DNA from: Sumerlaeia bacterium
GTDB taxonomy: Bacteria; Sumerlaeota; Sumerlaeia; SLMS01; JAHLLQ01
Assembly (NCBI GenBank): GCA_040219255.1
Contig: JAVJSW010000060.1
Location: 6,249-70,248 of the forward strand
DNA length: 64,000 nucleotides
Direction of reading: 5' to 3'
Numbering within the stretch: position 1 is the stretch's first letter; every line of letters begins with the position of its first letter. A program made the translations under genes and the position numbers. Shown here piece by piece: positions 1-9,475 of this stretch. Below the pieces are notes generated by a model. It searched no databases. It had not been told where the DNA came from and saw only the letters and a program-made list of their open reading frames with translations.

Positions 1-891
1 AAGCCCCGCGCCGAGGAAATGCTCTGCACCAACGAAGGCGGCGAAGACCGCTGGGTGGAAACGACTTACAGTCCGGTCAAGAATGACAAGGGGCAGGTTG
101 AGTTCGTCATCGGCGTGATGCGCGACATCAACGAACGCAAGATCCTGGAAGAGCGCCTCAGCCAGACGGAAAAGCTGGCCGCGCTGGGTCAGTTGACCGC
201 TGGTATCGCCCATGAAATCAAGAATCCGCTGGGGATCATGCTGGCCTCCTGCGAAATTCTGACGGACCCCAGCCGCCCCCGGGAAATGCAGATGGAGGCG
301 GCCCAGTACATCAAGGAAGAGGTGCAGCGGCTCGACGCGCGGTTGCGTTCGTTCCTGGCCTTCGCGCGGCCCCAACCCCTCCATCCCGAGCCCTTCGTGC
401 TGAACGGGCTGGTACGGCGGACGCTGACGACCTTCCAGGCGGCACGGCCGCAGATCGAGATTTCTCTCGAACTCGAATCGCCCGAAGTGATCGTTCACTT
501 CGACATGGATCAGCTCCAGCAGGTGCTGACGAACCTGCTGCTGAACGCCTCGGACGCGATGGACGGCCACGGGAAAATCCGCCTGATCACGCGCAGCACC
601 AAGGACGGTGAGGTGTTCCTGGAAGTCCACGACACCGGCCCCGGCATTCCCGAAACCCACCGCAAACGGATTTTCGATCCGTTCTTCACCACGAAAGCGC
701 ACGGCACAGGGCTTGGCCTGTCGATCAGCCACCGCATCATCACGGCCCACGGCGGCGCGTTTTCCGTGAAGCGCTCGCGGCTGGGCGGGGCGCGGTTCAT
801 CATTCAACTGCCGCTGGCGGGGGTGAAGCCGAACAATGGGAGCGGACTGCCGATGGAGGGCCGCGAGGCGGAGCAGGCTGGTGACGCCTGA
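1..891 (+). CDS. Sensor histidine kinase, C-terminal HisKA+HATPase part; the 5' end lies before the window
   Basis: Frame-1 ORF open from position 1; the H-box 'AHEIKNPLG' and the G-box region 'HDTGPGIPE...GTGLGL' match the two-component kinase core; stop at 889-891. Confidence 0.8.
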   Translation, partial: KPRAEEMLCTNEGGEDRWVETTYSPVKNDKGQVEFVIGVMRDINERKILEERLSQTEKLAALGQLTAGIAHEIKNPLGIMLASCEILTDPSRPREMQMEAAQYIKEEVQRLDARLRSFLAFARPQPLHPEPFVLNGLVRRTLTTFQAARPQIEISLELESPEVIVHFDMDQLQQVLTNLLLNASDAMDGHGKIRLITRSTKDGEVFLEVHDTGPGIPETHRKRIFDPFFTTKAHGTGLGLSISHRIITAHGGAFSVKRSRLGGARFIIQLPLAGVKPNNGSGLPMEGREAEQAGDA

Positions 892-2112
892 TCAGCGAGC
901 CCCCACCCCGGAACCCGCCTCGATGCGATGAAGTTTGCGCCAGGCCCCCGGCGCCAGGCCGGTTTCCTGGGAAAAAATCCCCGACAGGTAAGACGCACGC
1001 CGGAAGCCGCAAGCTTCCGCCACTTCGTCCAGCGGCCATTCGGTGCGGCGCAGCAAGTCCTTGGCTTTGCGCAGGCGCTGCTTGCGGATGCTGTTGTTGA
1101 TCGAATCCTTCACCGTGTGGCGGAAGCGCTGCTCCAGCGTCCGCCGCGACACGCCGGTGGCGTGGGCGATGTCGTCCACGCTCAACGCCGTTCCCAGGTT
1201 CTCGCCAATGTAGGCCAACGCGCGCTGCACCGCTTCGTCCTCCACGGCGGTCACTTCCGTGGACATGCGGGTGACAACGCCTTTGGGCGGGACTTTGCGG
1301 ATGGCGCGGTCGGGGGTTTTGCCTTCCAGGACCTGATGCAGCAGGGCGGCGGCCTGAAAGCCGACGGCTTCCGGGTTGGGTTCGACGCTGGAGAGCGTGG
1401 GGAGTTGGGACTCGCAGATGATCGTGTTGTTGTCCACGCCGAGGATTGCCACATCCGTCGGCACGGCGAGGCCGAGGGTCTCGCAGGCTTCGAGCAGGTG
1501 GAGCGCCCGGCGGTCGTCCGACGCCATCAGGGCCAAGGGCTTGGGGACGGCGTCGAGCCACTCGAGCAAGCGCTCGGCGGTGACGGCGTCCTTGCCATGC
1601 CAGCCGAGGAGGCGGGGCGCGGGGTCGTAGTCGAAGGGTTCGAGGACCTGGGCTCCGGCGGCTTCGGCGGCCCGCTTCAGGCCCTCGAAGCGGCGCACGT
1701 CCCAGGCGTTGCCGAAATGGCCGGCGTAGGCCACGTAGCGGAAACCGCGCTCGAGGAAGTGCTGGGCGCCCATGCGGCCCACTTCCACATCGTCGGTGAC
1801 GACGGCGTGAAATGGTTCGCCGGGGTGCAGGTCGAGGAGCTTGACGGTGGGGGTGTTGGACTCGATGGCGGCGTTGGTGATGGCCGGGTTGTCGGTGGCC
1901 AGGACAATGCCCGCCACGCCCATCTCCGACAGGTTGTCGAAGGAGAAGATGCGGCTGGAGAGGGACAGGCAATCGCCATGGAACATCAGGCGCCAGCGCG
2001 TGTGGCGGCGGGCGTAGTGAATCACGCCGTAGAAGGCGCGGCCTCGGTAGACGTCGGCGAAGCGGTCGTTGTTGGCAATATCCAGGACAATTACAGGGGC
2101 GGCGTCGGTCAT
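892..2112 (-). CDS. XylR-type transcriptional regulator (periplasmic-binding-like sugar-sensing domain plus C-terminal AraC HTH)
   Basis: C-terminal 'SVDDIAHATGVSRRTLEQRFR...RKQRLRKAKDLL' is an AraC-type HTH; N-terminal resembles an LacI/PBP-like domain; ATG (cat on +) verified at 2110-2112; the longer 509 aa ORF start is rejected. Confidence 0.75.
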   Translation of the reverse strand: MTDAAPVIVLDIANNDRFADVYRGRAFYGVIHYARRHTRWRLMFHGDCLSLSSRIFSFDNLSEMGVAGIVLATDNPAITNAAIESNTPTVKLLDLHPGEPFHAVVTDDVEVGRMGAQHFLERGFRYVAYAGHFGNAWDVRRFEGLKRAAEAAGAQVLEPFDYDPAPRLLGWHGKDAVTAERLLEWLDAVPKPLALMASDDRRALHLLEACETLGLAVPTDVAILGVDNNTIICESQLPTLSSVEPNPEAVGFQAAALLHQVLEGKTPDRAIRKVPPKGVVTRMSTEVTAVEDEAVQRALAYIGENLGTALSVDDIAHATGVSRRTLEQRFRHTVKDSINNSIRKQRLRKAKDLLRRTEWPLDEVAEACGFRRASYLSGIFSQETGLAPGAWRKLHRIEAGSGVGAR

Positions 2113-2287
2113 GGATCGTCCTTTCAGGGAGTTCTTTTCTCCGGGATGATTATGACTCTGCAATCTGAAATCGGGATATTGGACAAAAAATGCGCGATTC
2201 CATAATTGAACCGCGTCGCAATTCCGAGTTGTATGGCCGCGTCTCGCGTTTGACGCGAGATCGATACACACTTTCTGGAGTCCCTCT

Positions 2288-4189
2288 ATGATCTCCCACC
2301 ACACATCCCACCGCCGGAAAAGCCGCCGCCTGGCGCTTTCCTTCGCCGCCGCGTTCGGGTTGCTGGCCCTGGTTCCCCTTGCCGCCCAGGTTCCCAGCAC
2401 TCGTGGCGGCATGGGCGTCACGCCCTACAGCAACGGCACCACCTTCCGCGTCTGGGCGCCCGGCGTGGACTCGGTCCACGTCGCCGGTTCTTGGAACAAC
2501 TTCAGCAGCACGGCCCACCCGATGGCCTATGAGGGCGACGAGAAGTGGTCCGTGGACATCGACGGCGCCGTGATCGGCGACCGCTTCAAGTACGTCATCC
2601 GCAACAACGGCGGCGTCCACTGGCGCCAGGACCCCTACTCGCTGGATGTGGTCAGCGACAGCGACGACTCGATCATCGCCGACATGGGCTACAACTGGCA
2701 GAACGGTTTCAGCATGCCGAGCTGGAACGAGTTGGTCATCTACGAGATGCACATCGGCACCTACAACGATACGACCACATGGCAGAACGGGAATGGAACC
2801 TTCGACAGCGCCAAGGACCGACTCGATCACCTGCAGTCGTTGGGGATCAACGCGGTCAAGCTGATGCCCGTGATGGAGTTCCCGGGCCAGACCAGCTATG
2901 GCTACAACCCGCACTCGCAGTTCGCGCCGGAGAGCGACTATGGCACGCCGCGCGATCTCAAGGAATTCGTGGATGCGGCCCACGGCCGGGGCATCGCGGT
3001 CATTTTCGACGTCGTTTACAACCACTTGGGCAACTCGCCGAGCGAGTCCACCATCCCGCTCTGGTGCTTCACCGGGGATTGCCTGGGCAATGGCGGGCAT
3101 TACTTCTACACCGACTGGAAGAAGGAAACGCCGTGGGGCTGGGCGCGGCCGGATTATGGCCGGGGCCAGGTGCGCGAATGGCTGCGCAACAGCGCCTTCG
3201 TCTGGCTCAGCGAATACCGGGGCGACGGCCTGCGCTGGGACTCGACCTCGAACATCCGGGCCAAGACCAACGGCGGCGGCGGGTATATCCACGACGGCAA
3301 AACCCTGATGCAGTGGATCAACAACGACATCGACGCCATCAGCGGCTGGAAGATCTCCATCGCGGAGGATTTGCAGGGCAGCGCGGCCATCACCCGCGAC
3401 ACCAACGATAACGACGGCTACGGCTTCGACAGCCAATGGGACGCGGGCTTCGCCCATGCGATCCGCGACGCCGCCAAGGCGCCCTCGGACAGCGGCCGCA
3501 ACATGGACGCGCTGCGCGACGTGCTCTACGGGCGCTACAACGGCGATGCCTATCAGCGCGTCATCTACACCGGCAGCCACGACGAGGATAAGGAAGGCTA
3601 CGGCCACGGCCGCCTGCCCAGCCTGATCGACGGCGGCAACAGCGAGTCCTTCTTCGCCAAGAAGCGCGGCACGCTGGCCAATGCGTTCATGCTGACGGCC
3701 CCCGGCATCCCGATGATCTTCCAGGGCCAGGAATTCCTGGAAGACGGCCAGTGGGGTGACCGCCAGCCCTTGGATTGGGACAAGCGCAACCGCCTGAGCG
3801 GCATCAACAATATGACCCGCGACCTGATCCGCTTGCGCCGCAACTGGTACAACAACACGCGCGGTCTCCGCGGCCAGAACATCAACGTCCACCACGTGAA
3901 CAACAGCGGCAAGGTCATCGCCCATCATCGTTGGCAGAACGGTGGCAACGGCGACGATGTGATCGTGATCGCCAACTTCTCGAACAATCGCTATTGGAAC
4001 TACGAAGTCGGCTTCCCGAGCGGCGGCGAGTGGAAGGTGCGCTTCAACAGCGACTGGAACGGTTACGACTCGTTCTTCGACAACCACCCGACGGGCAGCG
4101 TCTGGCCGAGCTGGGGTTCGAAGGACGGCATGAGCCACCGGGGCAACGTCAGCATTGGCCGCTACAGCCTGGTGATTCTGTCCAAGTAA
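2288..4189 (+). CDS. Secreted GH13 alpha-glucan-active enzyme with N-terminal CBM48-like domain (branching-enzyme/isoamylase-like)
   Basis: Signal peptide; GH13 regions 'VIFDVVYNH', 'GLRWDSTSNI', 'ISIAEDLQG', 'YTGSHDE'; ATG at 2288. Confidence 0.8.
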   Translation: MISHHTSHRRKSRRLALSFAAAFGLLALVPLAAQVPSTRGGMGVTPYSNGTTFRVWAPGVDSVHVAGSWNNFSSTAHPMAYEGDEKWSVDIDGAVIGDRFKYVIRNNGGVHWRQDPYSLDVVSDSDDSIIADMGYNWQNGFSMPSWNELVIYEMHIGTYNDTTTWQNGNGTFDSAKDRLDHLQSLGINAVKLMPVMEFPGQTSYGYNPHSQFAPESDYGTPRDLKEFVDAAHGRGIAVIFDVVYNHLGNSPSESTIPLWCFTGDCLGNGGHYFYTDWKKETPWGWARPDYGRGQVREWLRNSAFVWLSEYRGDGLRWDSTSNIRAKTNGGGGYIHDGKTLMQWINNDIDAISGWKISIAEDLQGSAAITRDTNDNDGYGFDSQWDAGFAHAIRDAAKAPSDSGRNMDALRDVLYGRYNGDAYQRVIYTGSHDEDKEGYGHGRLPSLIDGGNSESFFAKKRGTLANAFMLTAPGIPMIFQGQEFLEDGQWGDRQPLDWDKRNRLSGINNMTRDLIRLRRNWYNNTRGLRGQNINVHHVNNSGKVIAHHRWQNGGNGDDVIVIANFSNNRYWNYEVGFPSGGEWKVRFNSDWNGYDSFFDNHPTGSVWPSWGSKDGMSHRGNVSIGRYSLVILSK

Positions 4190-4199
4190 CTCCTCACCC

Positions 4200-4268
4200 A
4201 AGGCGGCAAGGGCCGCCAAAAAGGAAGCGCCCCCCGCTCTTACGAGACCGGGGGGCGCGCCATTTTAA
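4200..4268. terminator. Bidirectional rho-independent terminator between the convergent GH13 and TPR genes
   Basis: GC hairpins 4202-4217 and 4227-4258, flanked by a T-run on + (gccatttt) and a T-run on - (ttccttttt). Confidence 0.5.
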
Positions 4269-4299
4269 GGCTGATCGGCTTCAGGGAACCACGTTCGCC

Positions 4300-4722
4300 T
4301 TAGGCTTCGAGTTCGGCGACGTGGCTTTCGATGCGCGAGCGCTCGTCCTCGTTGTCCGATGCGCTGAGGTAAACGTTCCAGGTGGCTTTAGCTTGGGGAA
4401 CGTGGCCGGTTTTCTCGTAGCAGAGGGCGAGATTGTAGTAGGCGGCGGTCATGTCGGGGTCGATATCGACGGCGCGCTTGAAGTGAACGATGGCTTCGCT
4501 CCAGTTTTCTTCCGTGGCGGCGTGGCAGCCGAGGTTGTAGAAATCGATGGCGTCGTTGAGTTCGAAGCCAATGTCGCGAAGGGTGGCGGCACGCTCGGCG
4601 GGGTTGAGGGAATTGAGGAGGGTGAAGCCGTAGCGGTCGAGAGCGGTGGCGGCGCTGGAGCGCAGGGTTTCGCGATAGCGCTCGAGTTCGTAGTTGTAGA
4701 GGTCCTTGTCGTCCTTAGCCAT
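4300..4722 (-). CDS. TPR-repeat protein
   Basis: TPR-like 'AIVHFKRAVDIDPDMTAAYYNLALCYEKTG'; internal ATG at 4722 chosen over the GTG at 4794. Confidence 0.55.
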   Translation of the reverse strand: MAKDDKDLYNYELERYRETLRSSAATALDRYGFTLLNSLNPAERAATLRDIGFELNDAIDFYNLGCHAATEENWSEAIVHFKRAVDIDPDMTAAYYNLALCYEKTGHVPQAKATWNVYLSASDNEDERSRIESHVAELEA

Positions 4723-5135
4723 AGCGAGCTGGTGGGGGTCCTTGGGGAAGAATTCGCCTGCCTTGGAGATAGGGCAGAAACAATGGTTTCCCACCGCGGC
4801 GGGAGCATCGTCGCGGACGGTGTGTCAGAAGGGGGCCTCTGAATGCAAGGGAAGAAGAAAGGCTTGTGTTTTGAGCCAACTTTGGAGATTATGACGCTTG
4901 CTTGTGGGAAGGTGGCCCGGGGCGGGGTTGGAGCCGGGGACGCAGCCGTGACCTTTCTTCGCCTTGACCCAGCCCCCGCTAGCCCATTGGCTGGAGTCGT
5001 ATCCAAGGGTGGTGGGTTTCCCGCCGGCGTTACGGAGTTCCGTCCGGCGGCCGCTTTCCCACCCCATATCGGCTTGGGACCGCGTGTTCCGGCCGTGCCG
5101 ATGCACTGACTCATTGCTTTTCTGGAGAGCACCCC

Positions 5136-8090
5136 GTGATGACCGGTAAGACGTCGAGGGTCTTCAAACCAACCATCGCCGCTTTCGCAGCCCTCGGGCT
5201 CGCTCTATCGCTGCTCGCGGCGTCTGTCATGGCCCAGGGCACGGGCGATGTCCTCTTCCGCGAGGACTTCCAGTCCTTCAGCAATGGCTCGCGCCCCTCG
5301 CAGGAGGACTGGGTCACTGTCGGGGCGACGGCGGACAATTACTGGTACATCGCCGACGGGCGGTTCGACACCGGCGACGCGGATCAATTTCCGTTCCTGG
5401 CCTGGGCCGTGATCGACGCGCCGGACTCGCGCTCCTGGTCCGAAATCTCCGCCAAGGCCGATTTCCTGATGCTGCAGCCCGCTGGCGAGGTCAACCTCGC
5501 GGTGCGCTGGCGCAGTCCCGCCAACTTCTATTACGCCAGCCTGTACGCCACCACCACCCCGGCCTCGCCCCGCGGCGTGGAATTCATCAAGGTGGTCAAT
5601 GGCATTGAGCAGACGCTGGCCCGCGCCGTCCATCCGGCCGATGTGAGCCTGCCGGCCTTTGAATCGAAATCCAATTTTTCGTCCCCGGACACGCTGGAAG
5701 TGCGCGCCGTCGGCAATCAGTTCGCCGTGCTGGTGAACGGCCGGACCGTTCTGACCGCCACGGACTCCGAGTTTTCTTCCGGCCAGGTGGCCATCGGCCA
5801 GCAGCGCAACCAGGTCCAGTTCGACAATATCGTGGTTTCCCGCACCTCCAGCATCGGCAGCAATCTGCCGCCCGGCGGCGGTTCGGCGCCACCCACGGGC
5901 GGCAACTTCTCGCTCCTGGTGGGCTCGGGACTCAATTCTTCCAAGGCCCGCACCCTCGAGAGCCAATTGGTCGGCATTCCCGTCCAACTGGAAGAAACCA
6001 GCCCCGGCACGTACTCCGTGTTTCTCGGCTCCTATCCGACGGCCGCCGCGGCCCAGAGCGCCATCTCCGATTACGAGCAGCAGGGGTTGTTCTTCCCCTA
6101 TGGCTATGAGGTGGTGGACCGGTCGCTGACGCGGCGCAGCCCCTCGGTGGCGAGCGCGGGCAATCAGCCCGCCCCATCGGGCGCGGTGTACCGCGTGGTG
6201 GTGGGCGAGAGCGACGACAAGTCCCTGGCCGATCAGTTGGCGGGCGACTTGCGCAACACGTCCGGCCTGAGCAACGTGGACGTCGCGGAGGTCGACGGCC
6301 GGCATCTGGTTTTCGTTGGCGAGGCCTTTCCCAACGAGCAGGCGGCCCAGCCCGTGGTGGACCAGATGCAGAACGAATACGGCCTGATCGCCGTGCGGTC
6401 CCAGCGCTTTGAGACCGATCCCTTGAACCGGGGCGGGAGCGGCGCGGGAGTGCGGGTTTCGGCTCTGATGAATTCTTTCGAATCGGCACTGGCGCAGAAT
6501 AATTTCGCCGTGGCCGAGAATCTGGCTTACCGCATCGGACGCGAGGACGCGGGCGCGGATGTCGGGGCTCTGATTGAACGCGTGCGGCAGCAGCGCAATA
6601 AGATCGAGCAGGGGGAAAATGAGAGGCGCGAGCGCATCAACAGCTTGAAGAAGGAAGCGGATATCGCGGAGACCGGGGGGAACTACGAGAGCGCGCAGAA
6701 CTACTATCAGCAGTTGGCGCGTCTGGCGGAAGAAGGCTCCGCCGATTACCAGTTGGCGCAGGCGGGTATCGATCGCACCGCGGCATTGATTCGCGGCCGG
6801 GCGGCGCAAGGCGCCACGGAAGGCGGCGGGGGGAATTTCCTGCTGATCGCCGGAATCGGCGCCGGAGTCCTGTTGCTGCTTGGCATCGCCGGTTTCGTGC
6901 TGGTCAGCCGCAAGAAGAACGCGCCGGCGCCCGTCGCCACGCCGATGATGCAGTCCACCAAGCCCTCCACGCCCGCCAAGCCCGCGGCGCCGAAACCCGA
7001 TCGCGCCGCCGCCAAGGCCGCGGCGGCAGCGGCGGGGGGCAACGCCGCCTCCTCCAGGAAGCAGGCCGCTCCTTCGGAAACCCCGGGTGGCCCCGTTCCC
7101 GCGATGTCTTCCGAGGAAAGCGGCAACCCGCTGCGGACGGTCACCGACAACGATCGCATCCGGCCGGGGTCGATCGCTCCGGCGGCCACGCCCGCCGGCA
7201 GCGAAACGGTGGCTCTGCCGCCCATCGGCGCACCCCGCAAACCCTCGTCCCGTGCTGCCAGAGCGCCTCAGGAAGCGGCCGCTTCGGGCGAAGGCAACGA
7301 GTTGGATCTGAAACTGGACTTCCTGACGGAGGAGCCGAAGGCCGAACCGGCGAGGGCTCCGAGCGGTCCGGCGGACGAGTCGGGCGACGCGGTGTCGCAG
7401 GAATTCGAGATCCCGCCGTTGCCGGATCTGGAGCCGGAAGCGAAACCGGCCGATCCGCGCCGCTCGAGCGAAGTGGCTTTGCCGACCGCGACGGTGCATA
7501 AGGCCAAGGCCGATCCGGATGTTTTCTACTTCCAGGATTTCGAGGACGAATCGCTCGGCCAGGCTCCCCAAAACTGGCGCGGCCAGTACGATTACGCCTC
7601 GCTGGAAGTCACCAACGGCGTGGCCGCCCAGGGGTCGTCGAAGTGCCTGCGCTTCGAGAAGAAGCAGGGAGTGGGCAGCGCCCTTTATTCCTGCAAATTC
7701 CCCGACGCGCGCGGCCGTATCGGCGTCGAATTCGACATTCGCTGCGATGACAAGAACAAGTACCTGCTCGGGGTTTACATCGAGAAGGACGGCGATTTCC
7801 GCCAGTCCATCAGCACCATCGTGCACCGCACGAACTCAAACTCGAACCCGACCCTGCGGGTGCAGAACGAGCCGGTCGCCTACGACTTCGGAACGTGGAA
7901 GCGCATCCGCTACGAGATTGATCTGCAACGGCAAATCGTCGACGCGTTCGTCGATGAGCAATCGATCATCATCGGCGCCCGCATGCCTCCCAACGGGCCG
8001 AAGGTCGTCAACACGTTGTCGATCCGCGACAACTTGGCGACGACCGGCATCCTGATGCTGGACAACATCAAGATTTTCCGGCGGAAGTAA
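5136..8090 (+). CDS. Large secreted/membrane protein: signal peptide, N-terminal beta-sandwich (LamG/DUF1080-like) domain, two SPOR-like repeats, one TM helix, Pro/Ala-rich disordered region, C-terminal second beta-sandwich domain
   Basis: 984 aa ORF with GTG at 5136 and ATG at 5139; hydrophobic N-terminus; TM 'FLLIAGIGAGVLLLLGIAGFVLV'; low-complexity 'PAPVATP...AAAAAGG' tract. Confidence 0.7.
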   Translation: MMTGKTSRVFKPTIAAFAALGLALSLLAASVMAQGTGDVLFREDFQSFSNGSRPSQEDWVTVGATADNYWYIADGRFDTGDADQFPFLAWAVIDAPDSRSWSEISAKADFLMLQPAGEVNLAVRWRSPANFYYASLYATTTPASPRGVEFIKVVNGIEQTLARAVHPADVSLPAFESKSNFSSPDTLEVRAVGNQFAVLVNGRTVLTATDSEFSSGQVAIGQQRNQVQFDNIVVSRTSSIGSNLPPGGGSAPPTGGNFSLLVGSGLNSSKARTLESQLVGIPVQLEETSPGTYSVFLGSYPTAAAAQSAISDYEQQGLFFPYGYEVVDRSLTRRSPSVASAGNQPAPSGAVYRVVVGESDDKSLADQLAGDLRNTSGLSNVDVAEVDGRHLVFVGEAFPNEQAAQPVVDQMQNEYGLIAVRSQRFETDPLNRGGSGAGVRVSALMNSFESALAQNNFAVAENLAYRIGREDAGADVGALIERVRQQRNKIEQGENERRERINSLKKEADIAETGGNYESAQNYYQQLARLAEEGSADYQLAQAGIDRTAALIRGRAAQGATEGGGGNFLLIAGIGAGVLLLLGIAGFVLVSRKKNAPAPVATPMMQSTKPSTPAKPAAPKPDRAAAKAAAAAAGGNAASSRKQAAPSETPGGPVPAMSSEESGNPLRTVTDNDRIRPGSIAPAATPAGSETVALPPIGAPRKPSSRAARAPQEAAASGEGNELDLKLDFLTEEPKAEPARAPSGPADESGDAVSQEFEIPPLPDLEPEAKPADPRRSSEVALPTATVHKAKADPDVFYFQDFEDESLGQAPQNWRGQYDYASLEVTNGVAAQGSSKCLRFEKKQGVGSALYSCKFPDARGRIGVEFDIRCDDKNKYLLGVYIEKDGDFRQSISTIVHRTNSNSNPTLRVQNEPVAYDFGTWKRIRYEIDLQRQIVDAFVDEQSIIIGARMPPNGPKVVNTLSIRDNLATTGILMLDNIKIFRRK

Positions 8091-8120
8091 ATCCGTTTGG
8101 GGCGGTGCCCCAGGCAGCGC

Positions 8121-9389
8121 TCAATCGAGGCGCCCGGAGCTGACGGCTTCGAGCGCCTTTTCTTTGTCGTAGCCTGTCAATTCCAGGAGGCGTGCCACCA
8201 CATCGCCGATGGCGCGGTTGGGGGTGCTGGCGCCGGCCGTGATGCCGACGATCATGTCGCCACCGGTGCCGCGGGGCGGCAACCAATCGGATGTGACGAT
8301 CTGATCGTGGCGGGCGCTGGGCTGGTGACGGATGGCGCGGTCGGAGTGCATCTCGGCCACATCGTCGATGTGAAAGGCGCGGGGGCAGTGGGCCTCGGCG
8401 ACTTCCAGCAGATGGCGCGTGTTGGAGCTGTTGTAGCCGCCGACCACGAGGGCCAGGTCCAGGGCGTTGTCGCGCAGAAGGGCCTTCATGGCGTCCTGGC
8501 GGTCTTGCGTGGCCGAGCAGATCGTGTCGAAGCTGCGAACGTTTTCCGCGCCCCGTTCTTCGCCGTCGCGGCGCTGGATCGATTCGGCCAGTCGGCGCCC
8601 GATGGCCAGCGATTCCGTCGCCAGCATCGTTGTCTGGTTCGCGACGCCGATTTTCCGGAGGTGTTTCTCGGGGTCGAAGCCTTCCGAAAAAGCGCCAGGA
8701 TCGAAATCCGCCATCAAGTCCGAGGCGGGCAGCCGCCCCTCGATAAAGTCGCACACGCGCTCGGTCTGGGCCATATTGCGCACCACCAGGAAATGGCCAC
8801 CGTTCGATGTGGCGTTGGAAACGGTGGCGATGGTTTCCTCATGATAGGCTTTGCCGTGGACGACTGAGGTGTAGCCCTCGCGGGCGTAGCGCTCGACGCG
8901 CTTCCAGACGTGGATCACGCTGCCACAGGTGGTATCGACGACGACGCAGCCGATGTCTTTCAGGCGCTGGAACAGCGGATGGGCCGCGCCAAAGGCGGGG
9001 ATCAGCACCACGTCCTCCGGGACGATGTCCTCGATGGTGAGTCCGTCGGCCTGCTGGCCCGAGAGGAAGCGGATGCCGAGTTCGCGCATGCGCCGGTTGA
9101 CGCGTGGGTTGTGGATGATTTCCGTCAGCAGAACGATGCGCCGATCGGGGAATTTGGCGAGGGTCTCGTACGCCATGTCGACGGCCTTGTCGACGCCGTA
9201 GCAGAAGCCGAAGTCCTTGGCCAGTCGGAGCTTGAGGCCGGGGAGGTCGAGGACGCCGCCGTTGGCGCGAATGGCGTCGACGAGGGCGCTGCTGTATTCC
9301 GCCGCCACGATGGGGGCGACGTCCTTCTTGAGGCCGAGGCTGGACTTGTAGTAAGTTTTTTCGCCTTTTGGCGTGGCGCTGGTGGTCAT
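8121..9389 (-). CDS. ispH: 4-hydroxy-3-methylbut-2-enyl diphosphate reductase (IspH/LytB), long form with a C-terminal extension
   Basis: 'FGFCYGVDKAVDMAYE', 'VHGKAYHEETIAT' and 'ANQTTM' match IspH motifs; ATG at 9389 verified; the 624 aa upstream extension is Arg/Pro-rich junk. Confidence 0.85.
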   Translation of the reverse strand: MTTSATPKGEKTYYKSSLGLKKDVAPIVAAEYSSALVDAIRANGGVLDLPGLKLRLAKDFGFCYGVDKAVDMAYETLAKFPDRRIVLLTEIIHNPRVNRRMRELGIRFLSGQQADGLTIEDIVPEDVVLIPAFGAAHPLFQRLKDIGCVVVDTTCGSVIHVWKRVERYAREGYTSVVHGKAYHEETIATVSNATSNGGHFLVVRNMAQTERVCDFIEGRLPASDLMADFDPGAFSEGFDPEKHLRKIGVANQTTMLATESLAIGRRLAESIQRRDGEERGAENVRSFDTICSATQDRQDAMKALLRDNALDLALVVGGYNSSNTRHLLEVAEAHCPRAFHIDDVAEMHSDRAIRHQPSARHDQIVTSDWLPPRGTGGDMIVGITAGASTPNRAIGDVVARLLELTGYDKEKALEAVSSGRLD

Positions 9390-9475
9390 CCGTGTCCCTT
9401 TGATCCGCAAAGCGTTGCGCTCTGGGTCCGGTTGCAAGGGCCGCGCCCGCCGGCGCCCCGGGTGGGGCTTTCGGT

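Noticed and set aside
800-4219. Long antisense or out-of-frame ORFs (800..1972 -, 928..2205 +, 2150..4219 -, 2545..3411 +) overlapping the regulator and GH13 genes
   Set aside because: Typical high-GC shadow ORFs: their products are Arg/Pro/Gly/Ala low-complexity with no motifs, and they overlap genes that have clear domain signatures.
4843-5109. 88-aa ORF upstream of the 984-aa protein gene
   Set aside because: Low-complexity Gly/Ala/Pro translation in a likely promoter region; no support.
5205-7826. 873-aa minus-strand ORF antisense to the 984-aa envelope protein gene
   Set aside because: Low-complexity Arg/Gly-rich translation; the plus-strand frame has a signal peptide, a TM helix and domain-like blocks.
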